Assembly (NCBI GenBank): GCA_027319565.1
Contig: DAHVNA010000002.1
Location: 39,283 to 103,282 of the forward strand
DNA length: 64,000 nucleotides
From: Elusimicrobiota bacterium
GTDB lineage: Bacteria; Elusimicrobiota; Elusimicrobia; UBA1565; UBA9628
Direction: 5' to 3'
Shown here: positions 29,588 through 39,697 of the stretch, in pieces
Layout: each line of letters begins with the position of its first letter
Numbering within the stretch: the first letter of the stretch is position 1
Program-made: the position numbers and the translations under genes
The notes under the pieces: generated by a model
Databases searched by the model: none
What the model was told of the DNA's origin: nothing
Seen by the model: only the letters and a program-made list of their open reading frames with translations

Positions 29588-30226
29588 CTAACGACCCGAT
29601 CGGAATCCTCGGGAATCTTGCGGAGGTCCAGCGATTTTTCCCGATTTTCGAAACACATCGTCGGCCATGTCGAAAACTAAAACCCCTGATGGATTCGCCG
29701 GCCGCCGAAGAAGCGGGCCGACAAATTTTTTGAACGACTCGTGCGCGGGATCGAAAAATTTAGGATCCGTAATGATGGGAGTTCCTATGTAATAATTGGC
29801 GTCGCCTTGGGACTTAAACGTCACCAAAAATCCATCCTCGAAACCTCCTCCGACTCCCTCGCCGCTGATTTGAGAACCCGCCTCGATCGACTGAATGTAG
29901 GGCTCGCCATTTCGGATGCAGCGCTTTTTCAAGGATAAAAACTTCCGGCGCACTGCGGTTTTCTGTTCGCTTGTGATGGAGGCGCCATAACGAAACAAGA
30001 CGATATGTCGAACTATCCCCGGTTTATAGTTTGGGTCCGTGAACGCTTTAATCCCAACCGAACGGAGTTCCGCTTTTTTTCTGGCGACATAAGGATTTTG
30101 CGCCATTTCGCCTTGGGCTGTTGTGGCGGCCATTTCCTTGGGGGCGGCGGCTAGCGCGGTTTGGAAAAACACAACAGCGGCTAAATTGCCGACGATCAGG
30201 GATAGAGATTTCTTCAAGGCGACCAT
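29588..30226 (-). CDS. Secreted Dabb-type (stress-responsive dimeric alpha/beta barrel) protein
   Basis: Signal peptide, and HIVLFRYGASITSEQKTAVRRKF resembles the Dabb fold. Low certainty. Confidence 0.45.
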   Translation of the reverse strand: MVALKKSLSLIVGNLAAVVFFQTALAAAPKEMAATTAQGEMAQNPYVARKKAELRSVGIKAFTDPNYKPGIVRHIVLFRYGASITSEQKTAVRRKFLSLKKRCIRNGEPYIQSIEAGSQISGEGVGGGFEDGFLVTFKSQGDANYYIGTPIITDPKFFDPAHESFKKFVGPLLRRPANPSGVLVFDMADDVFRKSGKIAGPPQDSRGFRSGR

Positions 30227-30437
30227 GTTCTATCCTACCTTATACCTGCCGATCCTAGCGCAGGTCTTCATTTTTTTAAACTGTTGCAATAGCACATTGA
30301 ACTTGCATAGTTTTCGTTCCTGGGATTACGGAAGGCCGAGCCTCGCCGAAAACGGATGTGATTTTGGTCGCGGGAAAGGATATCCCATGGCCGGTGAGGC
30401 CATGAAGACCGCGAAAATCAGCGAGATGCAAAAAGAT

Positions 30438-31277
30438 TTATTTGATTGCATGCTCATGAACATCTGGCTCCCGCGCCACAACGAACCCGAATTTATCCTC
30501 CATTGCATGGAATTCCTTATTACTTAATTTTTGCACATCAATTTTTTCTATTTTATTCGGGTAAGTCCAATGGATGAAGTATTGGCAAAGGAGTTCCGGA
30601 TAATCGGCGTCTTTGCCGGCCATACCCATATGCCCCGCCCCAAAAAGGGCTTCCTTGCCGTCGGATGAAATTCCCAGGGGCTCATAGATGGGAAGCTTCC
30701 ACGGCACTTGAGCGGCGATGGTCCCGTCCGCATCAATCACCCCGCAAAAATCGTGGAACTCGCCCTTGGGATTGTGCGCAATAATGCCCCCCCTGCCGAC
30801 TATAGCCGATTCTTCTGGGTCATTGGAACTGTATGGAATTGTCGGGTCCGTGCACACCGCGACTGCTGGCACGGGATCCGTGCGCACCTCGGTAGCCAGC
30901 ACGGACCTCGAGGGGTAATCCCAATTAAGGCGCTGTTGGAAGGTCATGCTTTTAAACGGTTTCACGGGGCTGGGTTTTCTTCTTCCCGTTTCTTGCCCTA
31001 TTTTCTTCGCTTCGGATGGTCCGACATTGTGAAAGAAGTCGATCCGATACTGGTAGATCAGGGCCATGTTGTTTTGGTAGTAGATACCGCCAACGCTCCT
31101 CTGGTCATTCGGCACGAAGTCCTTAGGCCCAGTTCTAGGAAAACTATCCCCGAAGACTGTAAAAGTATCCGCCGCGATTAAAACCGCCGACAGAATCATC
31201 CGCGATATGCGCCGCGCGGAGGCGTCTTTTTTCGTTTGATTTCTTTCGCCACTTTTCCCTTTACCTGTTTGTCTCAT
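30438..31277 (-). CDS. Hypothetical exported protein, divergent from copA
   Basis: Start chosen at Met 31277 because GGAG lies 8 nt upstream. It has a TM/signal segment MILSAVLIAADTFTVFG and a His-rich C-terminus. The 364-aa ORF-track call extends further 5' with no ribosome-binding site. Confidence 0.45.
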   Translation of the reverse strand: MRQTGKGKSGERNQTKKDASARRISRMILSAVLIAADTFTVFGDSFPRTGPKDFVPNDQRSVGGIYYQNNMALIYQYRIDFFHNVGPSEAKKIGQETGRRKPSPVKPFKSMTFQQRLNWDYPSRSVLATEVRTDPVPAVAVCTDPTIPYSSNDPEESAIVGRGGIIAHNPKGEFHDFCGVIDADGTIAAQVPWKLPIYEPLGISSDGKEALFGAGHMGMAGKDADYPELLCQYFIHWTYPNKIEKIDVQKLSNKEFHAMEDKFGFVVAREPDVHEHAIK

Positions 31278-31481
31278 GTCGTTTCTCCATATGCACGAAA
31301 TGGCAAGTCTGAAAACGTCCCGCCCCGGTTTGGTTCGAGCGTCCCCATAGGCCGCGCCTTGGCCTGTATTTTCGAACTGGGCGCCTCGACGCATGAGGGC
31401 GGGTTGCGGTCGATGGAGATGATTGCGGCGGCAGGACTTGGATTCGCCAGGGCCCGCTGATACATGCTCTGATTCTAGCGC

Positions 31482-31516
31482 TTTACATTTTGCAGAATCA
31501 AAATTCAAAATGTAAA
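31482..31516. promoter_or_regulatory. Perfect 11-bp inverted repeat TTTACATTTTG-N13-CAAAATGTAAA in the copA divergent intergenic region (candidate operator)
   Basis: Read directly in the sequence, ~85 bp upstream of the copA start. No regulator gene is adjacent. Confidence 0.4.
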
Positions 31517-31601
31517 CTTTTGGGTGGGCCATCTGGCCTAGACTCGTTTTGTAACTAGAACTTTTTGCCTTCCAAAGAATAAGACTGATATCATAAAAGG
31601 G

Positions 31602-33905
31602 ATGGACTCTTTACCCGCTTCGCCATCCTCCGCCGTTGATCCGGTCTGCAAAATGACCGTTCTCCCTCCCAATCCCAAAGGCGGCTCTTTTTCCTACCAA
31701 GGCCAAACCTATTTTTTCTGTAATCCCAAATGCCGGGAAAAATTTATCCTAAACCCGGAGAAATTCCTTAATCCCAACGCGCAAGAAAAAGAATCTCCCG
31801 TCTCAGGAGGGGTTTACAGTTGCCCGATGCATCCCGAGGTCAAAAATGAGGGCCCCGGTTCCTGCCCCTTCTGCGGAATGGCGCTAGACCCTGAAATCCC
31901 CTCTCTTCAAAGCGCTCCCGATCCGGAATTGACCGATATGAGCCGACGTTTCTGGATTGGGCTTGTTTTGGGAATCCCGCTCTTGTTTGTGTCCATGTCT
32001 TTCATGGCAAAACCGACGATCGCGGAAAACTGGATTGAACTTGTTTTAGCCACCCCCATCGTCTTGTGGTGCGGAAAACCGTTTTTCATCCGCGCCTTTG
32101 AATCTTTAAAAAACAAAAGCCCCAATATGTTTACGCTCATCGCGATGGGAACCGGAATCGCCTATTTTTCAAGCGTGATTTCTCTTCTTTTTCCGCATTG
32201 GTTTCCGCAAACGTTTAAAACCCCTACCGGGCAAGCCCCCGTTTATTTTGAATCCGCCGCCACAATCATCGTCTTGGTCTTGTTAGGCCAGATGCTTGAA
32301 ATTAAAGCCCGCAGGCGAGCCTCTCAAGCTATAGAAGCCCTTTTAAGCCTCTCTCCCCCCAAAGCCCATCGCATGACTTCCGCCAATCAAGAAGAAGAAA
32401 TTTCTATCGAAAAAATCAAACACGGCGATGTTTTAAGGGTCAAACCCGGCGAAAGGGTTCCAACCGACGGAAGTCTTCTTTCCGGCCACAGCGTGGTGGA
32501 TGAATCTCTTTTAACCGGCGAGTCTTTCCCGGTTGAGAAACACGCGGGGAACCCGGTCATCGGCGGCACTCTCAACGGCTCCGGAAGTTTCACGATGAAA
32601 GCCGAAAAAGTGGGATCTGAGACGTTTCTCTCGCAGATGGTTCATTTAGTCGCCAAGGCTCAAAAAAGCCGAGCCAAGATTCAAAGGCTAGCGGATCAAG
32701 CAGCCGCTTATTTCGCGCCGGCCGTGGTCCTGATTGCGGCCCTATCGGGGCTTCTCTGGTTTTTTTTCGGCCCCGAGCCGCGTGTGGGCCATGCCTTGGT
32801 CAGCTCCATTTCGGTTCTCATCATCGCCTGCCCCTGCGCATTGGGGCTGGCCACTCCGATGTCGATTATGGTGGGAATGGGAAAAGGCGCGGAAATGGGA
32901 ATCTTAATTAAAAACGCGGAATCTCTTGAAATTTTAGAGAAAGCCGATATTCTCTGCATCGACAAGACCGGCACCTTAACCGAGGGAAAGCCTCAACTGA
33001 CGGCTCTCATTCCCGCGCCCGGATCGAGCGAATCTCGAGTCCTAAGCCTGGCCGCCAGCCTTGAGAAACTCAGCGAACACCCTCTGGGAGAAGCCATCGT
33101 CAAAAAAGCCCGCTATGATCAAACTCCTTTTTTAGAGGTCGGACAATTCGAGTCTTTTCCCGGCCAAGGAATTAAGGCCCAAATAGCGGGACGGGAAATT
33201 TTGCTTGGAAATGAAAGGTTCCTCCAAAATCATTCCATCGATATTTCCGTTTTAAGAGACAAGGCCGGAGAGCTTAGGGAAGAAGCCCAGAGCGTCGTTT
33301 TTGTCGCGGACGGAAACAAGACCTCTGGAATCATTGGGATTTCCGATCCTATCAAACCCTCCGCCTTTGAAGCCCTGAAAATTTTAAGGCAGGAAGGAAT
33401 TAAAATCGTCATGCTCAGCGGAGACGATGAGGCGACGGCCAAGGCCGTCGCTAAAAAATTGGGAATTGAAAATATCAAGGCCGGACTCTTGCCTCATCAG
33501 AAGCAAGAGATTATCAAAAATCTCCAACAATCAGGGCACAGGGTTATCATGGCCGGAGACGGGGTTAACGACGCTCCCGCTCTGGCCCAAGCGGATGTCG
33601 GAATCGCAATGGGAACCGGAACGGACGCCGCTCTTCAAAGCGCGCCGATTGCCCTGGTGCATGGCGATTTAAAAGACGTGGCCCGCGCCCGCAAATTATC
33701 GCAACTGACGATACGCAATATCCGGCAAAATTTATTTTGGGCTTTCGCCTATAACGCGCTCTCTATCCCCATCGCGGCGGGAGGGCTTTATCCTTTATTT
33801 GGGGCTTCCGCTCTTTTGAGCCCCGCCCTGGCCGGAGCGGCGATGAGCTTTAGCTCGGTCTCTGTCATCTTAAACGCCTTGCGCTTAAAAAAAGTAAAAA
33901 TTTAG
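31602..33905 (+). CDS. copA: Copper-translocating P1B-type ATPase
   Basis: N-terminal Cys-rich TRASH/YHS-like region (CKMTV...FFCNPKCREKF and CPMHPEV...CPFCGM), TGES, CPCALGLATP, DKTGTLT, GDGVNDAPAL and an MLSGD-type hinge. Confidence 0.9.
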   Translation: MDSLPASPSSAVDPVCKMTVLPPNPKGGSFSYQGQTYFFCNPKCREKFILNPEKFLNPNAQEKESPVSGGVYSCPMHPEVKNEGPGSCPFCGMALDPEIPSLQSAPDPELTDMSRRFWIGLVLGIPLLFVSMSFMAKPTIAENWIELVLATPIVLWCGKPFFIRAFESLKNKSPNMFTLIAMGTGIAYFSSVISLLFPHWFPQTFKTPTGQAPVYFESAATIIVLVLLGQMLEIKARRRASQAIEALLSLSPPKAHRMTSANQEEEISIEKIKHGDVLRVKPGERVPTDGSLLSGHSVVDESLLTGESFPVEKHAGNPVIGGTLNGSGSFTMKAEKVGSETFLSQMVHLVAKAQKSRAKIQRLADQAAAYFAPAVVLIAALSGLLWFFFGPEPRVGHALVSSISVLIIACPCALGLATPMSIMVGMGKGAEMGILIKNAESLEILEKADILCIDKTGTLTEGKPQLTALIPAPGSSESRVLSLAASLEKLSEHPLGEAIVKKARYDQTPFLEVGQFESFPGQGIKAQIAGREILLGNERFLQNHSIDISVLRDKAGELREEAQSVVFVADGNKTSGIIGISDPIKPSAFEALKILRQEGIKIVMLSGDDEATAKAVAKKLGIENIKAGLLPHQKQEIIKNLQQSGHRVIMAGDGVNDAPALAQADVGIAMGTGTDAALQSAPIALVHGDLKDVARARKLSQLTIRNIRQNLFWAFAYNALSIPIAAGGLYPLFGASALLSPALAGAAMSFSSVSVILNALRLKKVKI

Positions 33906-34978
33906 CTTCCGCCCATCGAAGATAATTCCTGAGAAGCTTCCTTTCGATTTTCAGAATCCGGATCGTTTTTCACCACCCATTGGAGAAAACCCCGATACTG
34001 CGCCGGATCCATCAGCTCTTTAAGTTCCAGCCTGGCATTGGTGCGCCGAATCGGGTCGGGATTGGTCTTGGCATAATGGACCAAGATGGGAATGACTTGA
34101 TGGCTGCGAGAGGCGAAAAGGGCCGTCTCAATCATCATTTTCTCGTCTTCATCTTTGAGGGATTGATATTTGTTGATTAAATCCTTAATCTGATCTTCGC
34201 TGGCTGAAATTCCTACCTTGATGGCTAATTGATGGCGAAGATTATTGGGCAGGCGGTTATTTTCGACGATAGCAAGCATCTCATCATATGATTTCTCCAT
34301 GACAGACATTGGAATTTCCGTGGCCGCGGCTTCGTCCGCCATCGCCCGCTTTGCCGCGCTACTACTTTTGGCCCAATCAACCAGAAGCGGAAGGGTTTTA
34401 GCCCAAAACCGAGAAGCGAGAATGCGGGCAACAGACGGCGCCTGCTCGGCCTTTTTGACTATCAGTTTAAAGGCTTTATCGCCTTCCCATAAAGCCAAGG
34501 CGTCCAAGGCCTCATAATGAGCGGCCCACATCTGCTTATCCTTGAGAAGCGTCGCCTGTTCGGGACCGGAAAATTTAAATTGAGATTCCGCGATTTTCTC
34601 TACGATGGGAAGAGCTCTTTGAGAGCGCAATTGAAAAGCTCCCTCAATAGCAAACATCAGTATTTTGGGATCCTTATGCGACAAATAACCTAAAAAAACC
34701 GAGGCGAGCTCATGATTAGGGCCCTTGAGAAGAGAAAGCGAACTCATCACCGCGGCCTGAGGCAACGGCTGCGGATAGCGCATATAGAGATCGAAATCAT
34801 ATTGAACATCAATGGGGGTTGCGGGAGCGGTTTGGGAAATCTGTTTGAGTATTTTTTCCTTTTCGCCCTTGTCCATCGACTGGTAATAAGAACGGCAAAG
34901 AGAAACAATAGGGGGATGGTCCGGAGAAAAATTTTGCGCCCACAAACTGGAACTAAGCAAGAAAAGAATTATCTTCAT
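33902..34978 (-). CDS. Hypothetical secreted alpha-helical repeat protein
   Basis: Signal peptide MKIILFLLSSSLWAQ. I recognise no motif. Confidence 0.5.
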   Translation of the reverse strand: MKIILFLLSSSLWAQNFSPDHPPIVSLCRSYYQSMDKGEKEKILKQISQTAPATPIDVQYDFDLYMRYPQPLPQAAVMSSLSLLKGPNHELASVFLGYLSHKDPKILMFAIEGAFQLRSQRALPIVEKIAESQFKFSGPEQATLLKDKQMWAAHYEALDALALWEGDKAFKLIVKKAEQAPSVARILASRFWAKTLPLLVDWAKSSSAAKRAMADEAAATEIPMSVMEKSYDEMLAIVENNRLPNNLRHQLAIKVGISASEDQIKDLINKYQSLKDEDEKMMIETALFASRSHQVIPILVHYAKTNPDPIRRTNARLELKELMDPAQYRGFLQWVVKNDPDSENRKEASQELSSMGGS

Positions 34979-36423
34979 TTGAGAATCACCTTTAATGCGG
35001 CTTCTATTTGAGATTTTCTGTCTCCCGCCATATCAATGACGGAAGATCTTAAGTCAATCAACGTCAAATCGGTAGAGCCTCTCATCAAAAAAACCGTTGT
35101 TTTTTCCGCCGCTATTTTATTGAGAAGCTCTAAAACCGCTTTTTGGCCGGGAAAGCGCCGGGCCTCAAAACAGAAAAATAAAATTTCCTTTGCGGATCGA
35201 ATCTGAGAGGATATCGAACCAAGATTTTTATTTTGAACCGGCGTTTCAATCAACCGAACGCCCCCGTGGTTTTTAAGCCGGGCTTTTAGCCAACGCTCCG
35301 GACCTTCCGGGCCGCCCTCAAAGGTAAAGAGGGATTTAACTTCAGAAATTTTTGGAAATAACACGAGGACAGCGCCCTTATGCTTTTCCAAAGGAAATTT
35401 TTTCTCCCCCGATCTTAAGACGCGAATCGCCTTTTGGGAAATCCAAGCCGCCAGACGGTTTGCATGAAGAGAATCAGGATTTTGGGATCGGCGATTTTTT
35501 CTTTGGATCAAAATAGGACCGATTTCTTCTTTGAGAGAAAAACCTCTCACTGCCTCTTGGACTTGAGAATGAAGTCGAAAATCGGGATTGGAGAGAATCA
35601 ACAAATCATGCCCCGCTTGACAGGCTTGAGCGGCCGCCTCAGCAGGGCTTAAGCCGCTTTTCAAAACCGCTCCCATTGAAAGGTCATCTGAAATGACCAG
35701 GCCCTTAAATCCCAGTTTTTTCTTTAAAAGTCCGGTGACAATCTTTTTTGAGAATGTGGCGAGTTTTGAGTCCAGAGCGGGGTAATGGATATGAGAGGTC
35801 ATCACGCAATGAACCCCCGCCTTAAACGCGGATAAAAACGGCGGCAAATGGCGCTTAAAAATAAGCGCGCGGGAAATATCAATTTTAGGAATTGAGACAT
35901 GAGGGTCTAAGCGCGCCTCCCCGATTCCTGGAAAATGCTTCGCGCAAGCCCAGACCTGATGATCCTCAAGCCCGCGAATAAATTTCTCTCCGTAAAGAGA
36001 AACTTCTCCCGGGTTCTCTCCAAAGGAACGGATTCCAATTCCAGGGTTGTCCAAGGAACCGCTTAAATCCAACACCGGAGCGAAATTAACTAAGATGCCC
36101 ATATCCGACAGTTCAAGAGCCATTTGTCGCCCTACCGCATAAGCGAGATCCGGGTTTCCCGTTCTCCCCAACGCTTGCGCGCTGGGAAACGCGGTCACTC
36201 CCCTTGAAAAGCGCGTGACATTTCCCCCTTCATGATCAATAGTCCAAAGTAGCGGCCGCCCCACCGACTGATTGATCCCTGAAATTAAAGCCTTAAGCTG
36301 ACGTGGAGAATCGATATTGCGGGCCAATAATAAAATCCCCGCGGGGTTGATTATTTTGAGATGGGAAACTAAAGCGCGGCTGAGTTTCTTTCCCTCAATT
36401 CCTATAATCAAAGGAGTATACAT
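34975..36423 (-). CDS. nagZ: GH3 beta-N-acetylhexosaminidase
   Basis: KHFPGIGEARLDPH catalytic-region motif and the GH3 N-terminal domain, plus an extra C-terminal domain. Confidence 0.8.
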   Translation of the reverse strand: MYTPLIIGIEGKKLSRALVSHLKIINPAGILLLARNIDSPRQLKALISGINQSVGRPLLWTIDHEGGNVTRFSRGVTAFPSAQALGRTGNPDLAYAVGRQMALELSDMGILVNFAPVLDLSGSLDNPGIGIRSFGENPGEVSLYGEKFIRGLEDHQVWACAKHFPGIGEARLDPHVSIPKIDISRALIFKRHLPPFLSAFKAGVHCVMTSHIHYPALDSKLATFSKKIVTGLLKKKLGFKGLVISDDLSMGAVLKSGLSPAEAAAQACQAGHDLLILSNPDFRLHSQVQEAVRGFSLKEEIGPILIQRKNRRSQNPDSLHANRLAAWISQKAIRVLRSGEKKFPLEKHKGAVLVLFPKISEVKSLFTFEGGPEGPERWLKARLKNHGGVRLIETPVQNKNLGSISSQIRSAKEILFFCFEARRFPGQKAVLELLNKIAAEKTTVFLMRGSTDLTLIDLRSSVIDMAGDRKSQIEAALKVILK

Positions 36424-36489
36424 TTAAGAAATCCTAACATTTTGTAGAATGGGCTAAGGGTTCGTAATGAACCGTTAAGGAGAATCTCG

Positions 36490-36933
36490 ATGAATCCCGA
36501 AATTGGAAATGCCTGCCGCTTGTCGGGAAGCTCCGACGATCTGGAAACGATCAAAAAAATCTTGGCCTATAAAACAATTGCCGTCGTCGGCTGTTCTCCC
36601 AAGCCGGAAAGGGCCAGCCACTCCGTCGCCGCCTATTTAAAGGAAGAGGGCTATAAAATTATTCCGGTCAACCCGGGACACAAGGAAATTCTCGGCGAAA
36701 AATGCTATCCGTCTCTTCTTGATATTCCCGGGCCGGTCGATGTGGTCGATGTATTCAGAAGATCGGAAGAGGTCTTGCCGGTTATTGAGGAAGCGATTTT
36801 GATTAAGGCCAAAGCCATATGGCTCCAAGACGGGATTTCCCATCCGGAAGGCGAAGCGCGCGCCAAAAAAGCCGGGCTCTTGGTGATTTCAAACGATTGC
36901 CTTGGCCGCAGGCGCTCCCAGATGAAGCCTTAA
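36490..36933 (+). CDS. CoA-binding domain protein (YccU-like)
   Basis: IAVVGCSPKPERASHSV...GYKIIPVNP CoA-binding Rossmann-like signature. Confidence 0.75.
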   Translation: MNPEIGNACRLSGSSDDLETIKKILAYKTIAVVGCSPKPERASHSVAAYLKEEGYKIIPVNPGHKEILGEKCYPSLLDIPGPVDVVDVFRRSEEVLPVIEEAILIKAKAIWLQDGISHPEGEARAKKAGLLVISNDCLGRRRSQMKP

Positions 36934-36934
36934 T

Positions 36935-37522
36935 TTATTTCTTAACGAATCGCCAACCCAGCGGGAGAAGCCCGGCGGAAAGAATGGATTTAAGAATATC
37001 GCCGGCGAGAAACGGGTAAAACCCCTTGGCGAGAAGGCTTCCCTTAGAAACATATAAAGAAAGAACGACCAGGCCAAAAGCCAAAATCACGAAACTTCCC
37101 AGCATCATTTGAGAGAAAGCGGTCAAAGGATCCCGGTCCCAGCCGCGCTCGGATAAAAGCCCCACCAAATAAGACGCCGGGATAAAGCCGATAAGGTAGC
37201 CTCCGGTCGCACCCAAGAAAACGTGCCAACCGGAAGAAGCCCCGGCGAAAAACGGCAGCCCCAAAGCCCCTAAAACGAGATAGAGACCGACGCTCGCCAA
37301 AGCCCGGCGCGGCCCTAAAAGCGCGGCGGCATAGAGAACCCCAAAAGTCGAACCCGTCAAAGGAACGGGAGTAAAAGGAAGCGGAATCGTAATTTGAGCG
37401 CACAAGGCGATCAAAAGAGAAGCCCCCAACACCCAAAGGGCCGAAGAAACGCTGACTGATTTTGGAGACAAGTTTTCCGAAAAAGAAAGACAGCGGGAAC
37501 CGGACGCCATTGAGGAATTCAT
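36935..37522 (-). CDS. bioY: Biotin transporter S-component
   Basis: 195 aa, 5-6 TM helices, with a BioY-like core ALCAQITIPLPFTPVPLTGSTFGVL. Confidence 0.75.
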   Translation of the reverse strand: MNSSMASGSRCLSFSENLSPKSVSVSSALWVLGASLLIALCAQITIPLPFTPVPLTGSTFGVLYAAALLGPRRALASVGLYLVLGALGLPFFAGASSGWHVFLGATGGYLIGFIPASYLVGLLSERGWDRDPLTAFSQMMLGSFVILAFGLVVLSLYVSKGSLLAKGFYPFLAGDILKSILSAGLLPLGWRFVKK

Positions 37523-37554
37523 GCTCTCATTCTACCTTTTTCGAGTTAAAAATA

Positions 37555-37587
37555 CAAAACCCGCCGAAAAATTTCGGCGGGTTTTGT
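37555..37587 (-). terminator. Rho-independent terminator downstream of cspA
   Basis: On the minus strand, the perfect hairpin AAACCCGCCGAAAUUUUUCGGCGGGUUU is followed by a U-rich tract. Confidence 0.55.
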
Positions 37588-37610
37588 TTAAGAACGCCTA
37601 CTGAAGGCGC

Positions 37611-37814
37611 TTAGAGCTTTTTAACGTTGGTCGCTCTGGGACCTTTGTCCGACTGCTGGATTTCGAACTCAACCGATTGATTCTCGGCTAAGGTCTTAAA
37701 CCCATCGCCCGTAATGGCGCTGTGATGGACAAACAAGTCCTTGGACCCGTCGTCCGGGGTGATGAACCCGAAGCCCTTCTGATCATTAAACCACTTCACT
37801 TTTCCTGTAGGCAT
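37611..37814 (-). CDS. cspA: Cold-shock protein
   Basis: 67 aa with [15 protein letters not shown] (RNP1) and FVHHSAI (RNP2). Confidence 0.9.
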   Translation of the reverse strand: MPTGKVKWFNDQKGFGFITPDDGSKDLFVHHSAITGDGFKTLAENQSVEFEIQQSDKGPRATNVKKL

Positions 37815-37935
37815 TCCTGTTACTATCCTCTTTATGTTACTGACAATGGCCGCCTAATTCGCGGCTGGCCTTATTAGGGCCTGCTTTTATTATAGCACGA
37901 ATTTTTAAAATTTAGACGAAAAAATTTGTCGCGAT

Positions 37936-39213
37936 CTAGGTATGGAGTTTCAAAAGAGAGGCAATAGATAAAACGACGCCGCGGACCTGTGGGGCAAAAG
38001 CCCAAAGGGAAAGGTTGAGCCCGCCCCACAAGGAAAAAATCTTCCAAAAATTTTTCCCGAAATGCTCTCTTAAATCTCGGGCTCCCAGGGTCGCTAAAAT
38101 TAACAGCATCGGAGACAAAACCTGTCTATAGCGGGAAACCGGGCCGCCGGCCAGTGTATGAACCAGGACATATAAGACTAGCATGATCCACAAGGGAAAC
38201 ATCTGGGGAAAATAGCGCACCCTGAAAAAGGCCCACAACCAAAGCGGAACAAAAAGCACATAGCTCCAGTCATAGCTGGGCAAAAAAGGATAAAAAACAG
38301 ACAAGGCATTGACCGCATAAGCCTTGACGATTTTAAAAGCCGGAGTCAAATGCCATAGCCGGATAAATTCTCTCTTGTAAAACTCCTCCCGTTCGACACT
38401 CCCCAAATTCTCCGGAGCGCGCTTAGACTTTGAAATATCCCCCAAGTGTTCTAACGGCAAGGCTAGTCCCATATAGATTCCAGCTTCTCCTTGCCCGGAA
38501 GACGGAATTAAGCGGTGAAACAAATTCCAATTGCGCGCCATCCAGGGAGTAAAGGCGGCGAGAAAAACCGCGCCCCAAACCCAGCCTTTAATTTGTTTTC
38601 CTGAGTTTTTCGATAAAACCGGAGGATAACCCAGGCATAAAACGAGCGCGAAAAGCCCAAATTCAGGACGAACAAAGGAAAGCGCCGCGCAAACTAACGA
38701 CAACACCGCGGATTTAACGTTCACAGAATTTTCCCAACAAAACCACAAATACCAAAATAAAGAGATAAGAGGAATGGCCAGGCCCTCGCTGAGAATCTGG
38801 GCGGAAGGTTCAATGGCGTCATAAAGAATCGCCAAGGATATACCGCAGAAAAAACCCCAGTCTTCTCCTCCCAATTTTCGCATAATCAAAAATAAAAGCA
38901 GACATGAAAAGGCTCCCAAAATAACCTGCGCGCTCTGAACCGCCAGCGGAGAAACCCCACAAACTCGATAGATGAAATAGAGAAACACAGGATAACCCGG
39001 CATTCTAAATAATTGATCGCCTTGATCGTTTTGATAAGATCCGTCTTTAAGAAGATGAACGGCATAGGATTGATAATCCTTTGCGTCGCCGTCCCAGGCA
39101 AATTTCGGATTTTGGGCGTTCATCCAAAAGACAAAAACGCCCCGGATGAGAAGCGCGATTAGAAACACAAACCCGGAAACGGGAAAAGGTTTTTTAGTCT
39201 CGACCAGGCTCAA
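37936..39213 (-). CDS. GT-C family membrane glycosyltransferase (ArnT/PMT-like, GT39/83)
   Basis: 425 aa, ~10 TM helices, with a first-loop WDGDAKDYQSYA acidic motif. Confidence 0.5.
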   Translation of the reverse strand: MSLVETKKPFPVSGFVFLIALLIRGVFVFWMNAQNPKFAWDGDAKDYQSYAVHLLKDGSYQNDQGDQLFRMPGYPVFLYFIYRVCGVSPLAVQSAQVILGAFSCLLLFLIMRKLGGEDWGFFCGISLAILYDAIEPSAQILSEGLAIPLISLFWYLWFCWENSVNVKSAVLSLVCAALSFVRPEFGLFALVLCLGYPPVLSKNSGKQIKGWVWGAVFLAAFTPWMARNWNLFHRLIPSSGQGEAGIYMGLALPLEHLGDISKSKRAPENLGSVEREEFYKREFIRLWHLTPAFKIVKAYAVNALSVFYPFLPSYDWSYVLFVPLWLWAFFRVRYFPQMFPLWIMLVLYVLVHTLAGGPVSRYRQVLSPMLLILATLGARDLREHFGKNFWKIFSLWGGLNLSLWAFAPQVRGVVLSIASLLKLHT

Positions 39214-39697
39214 ACTTTTCCTTTAACTTTTTTGCGATATCCGGCAAGACGAAAGAATCGGCAGAAGCCCCCAGACGAGCCACTTCCTTGACCATTGAAG
39301 AGGCAAAATAGGTGTATCTCTCGTCGGGCATCAAAAAAACCGTCTCGACATCGGGATAAAGGGTCCGGTTAAAAGAGGCCAGCTGAAATTCGTAATCCAT
39401 ATCGCTGACCACCCTGAGACCTCGAATCAGAACCTGAATTCCTTTTTTTCTGAGATAATCCACAAGTAGGCCCGAAAAGACGTCCGCTTCGGCGTTGGGA
39501 ATTTTCTTGATCGCCCCGCGAACCATCTCAAGGCGCTCTTGGGCCGAAAACGTGTGCTTTTTAGCCGGATTATCCGCCACGGCCACCAGCACCCGCTCGA
39601 ACATTTTAGCAGCGCGAAAAACGATATCTAAATGTCCCAAGGTGGGAGGGTCAAAGCTTCCGGGATAGACCGCAATGCGGTTCTTTGAATTAGGCAT
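39194..39697 (-). CDS. coaD: Phosphopantetheine adenylyltransferase
   Basis: VYPGSFDPPTLGHLDI (HxGH nucleotidyltransferase motif). Confidence 0.9.
   Translation of the reverse strand: MPNSKNRIAVYPGSFDPPTLGHLDIVFRAAKMFERVLVAVADNPAKKHTFSAQERLEMVRGAIKKIPNAEADVFSGLLVDYLRKKGIQVLIRGLRVVSDMDYEFQLASFNRTLYPDVETVFLMPDERYTYFASSMVKEVARLGASADSFVLPDIAKKLKEKFEPGRD

Noticed and set aside
30270-30300. Sigma-54-like -24/-12 element (AGCAC...TTGCA) in the Dabb/hypothetical intergenic region
   Set aside because: The GC-to-GC spacing is 13 nt instead of the required 11. The -24 element is GC not GG, and no downstream gene fits the orientation.
30123-31181. Overlapping ORFs 30123-30527(+), 30326-30508(-) and 30708-31181(+)
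   Set aside because: They lie antisense to, or inside, better-supported genes (the Dabb protein and the exported hypothetical). They have no ribosome-binding sites or recognisable domains. A ~48-aa ORF from ~30377 (MAGEAMKTAK...) has a GGAAAGGA ribosome-binding site but no other support, so I left it uncalled.
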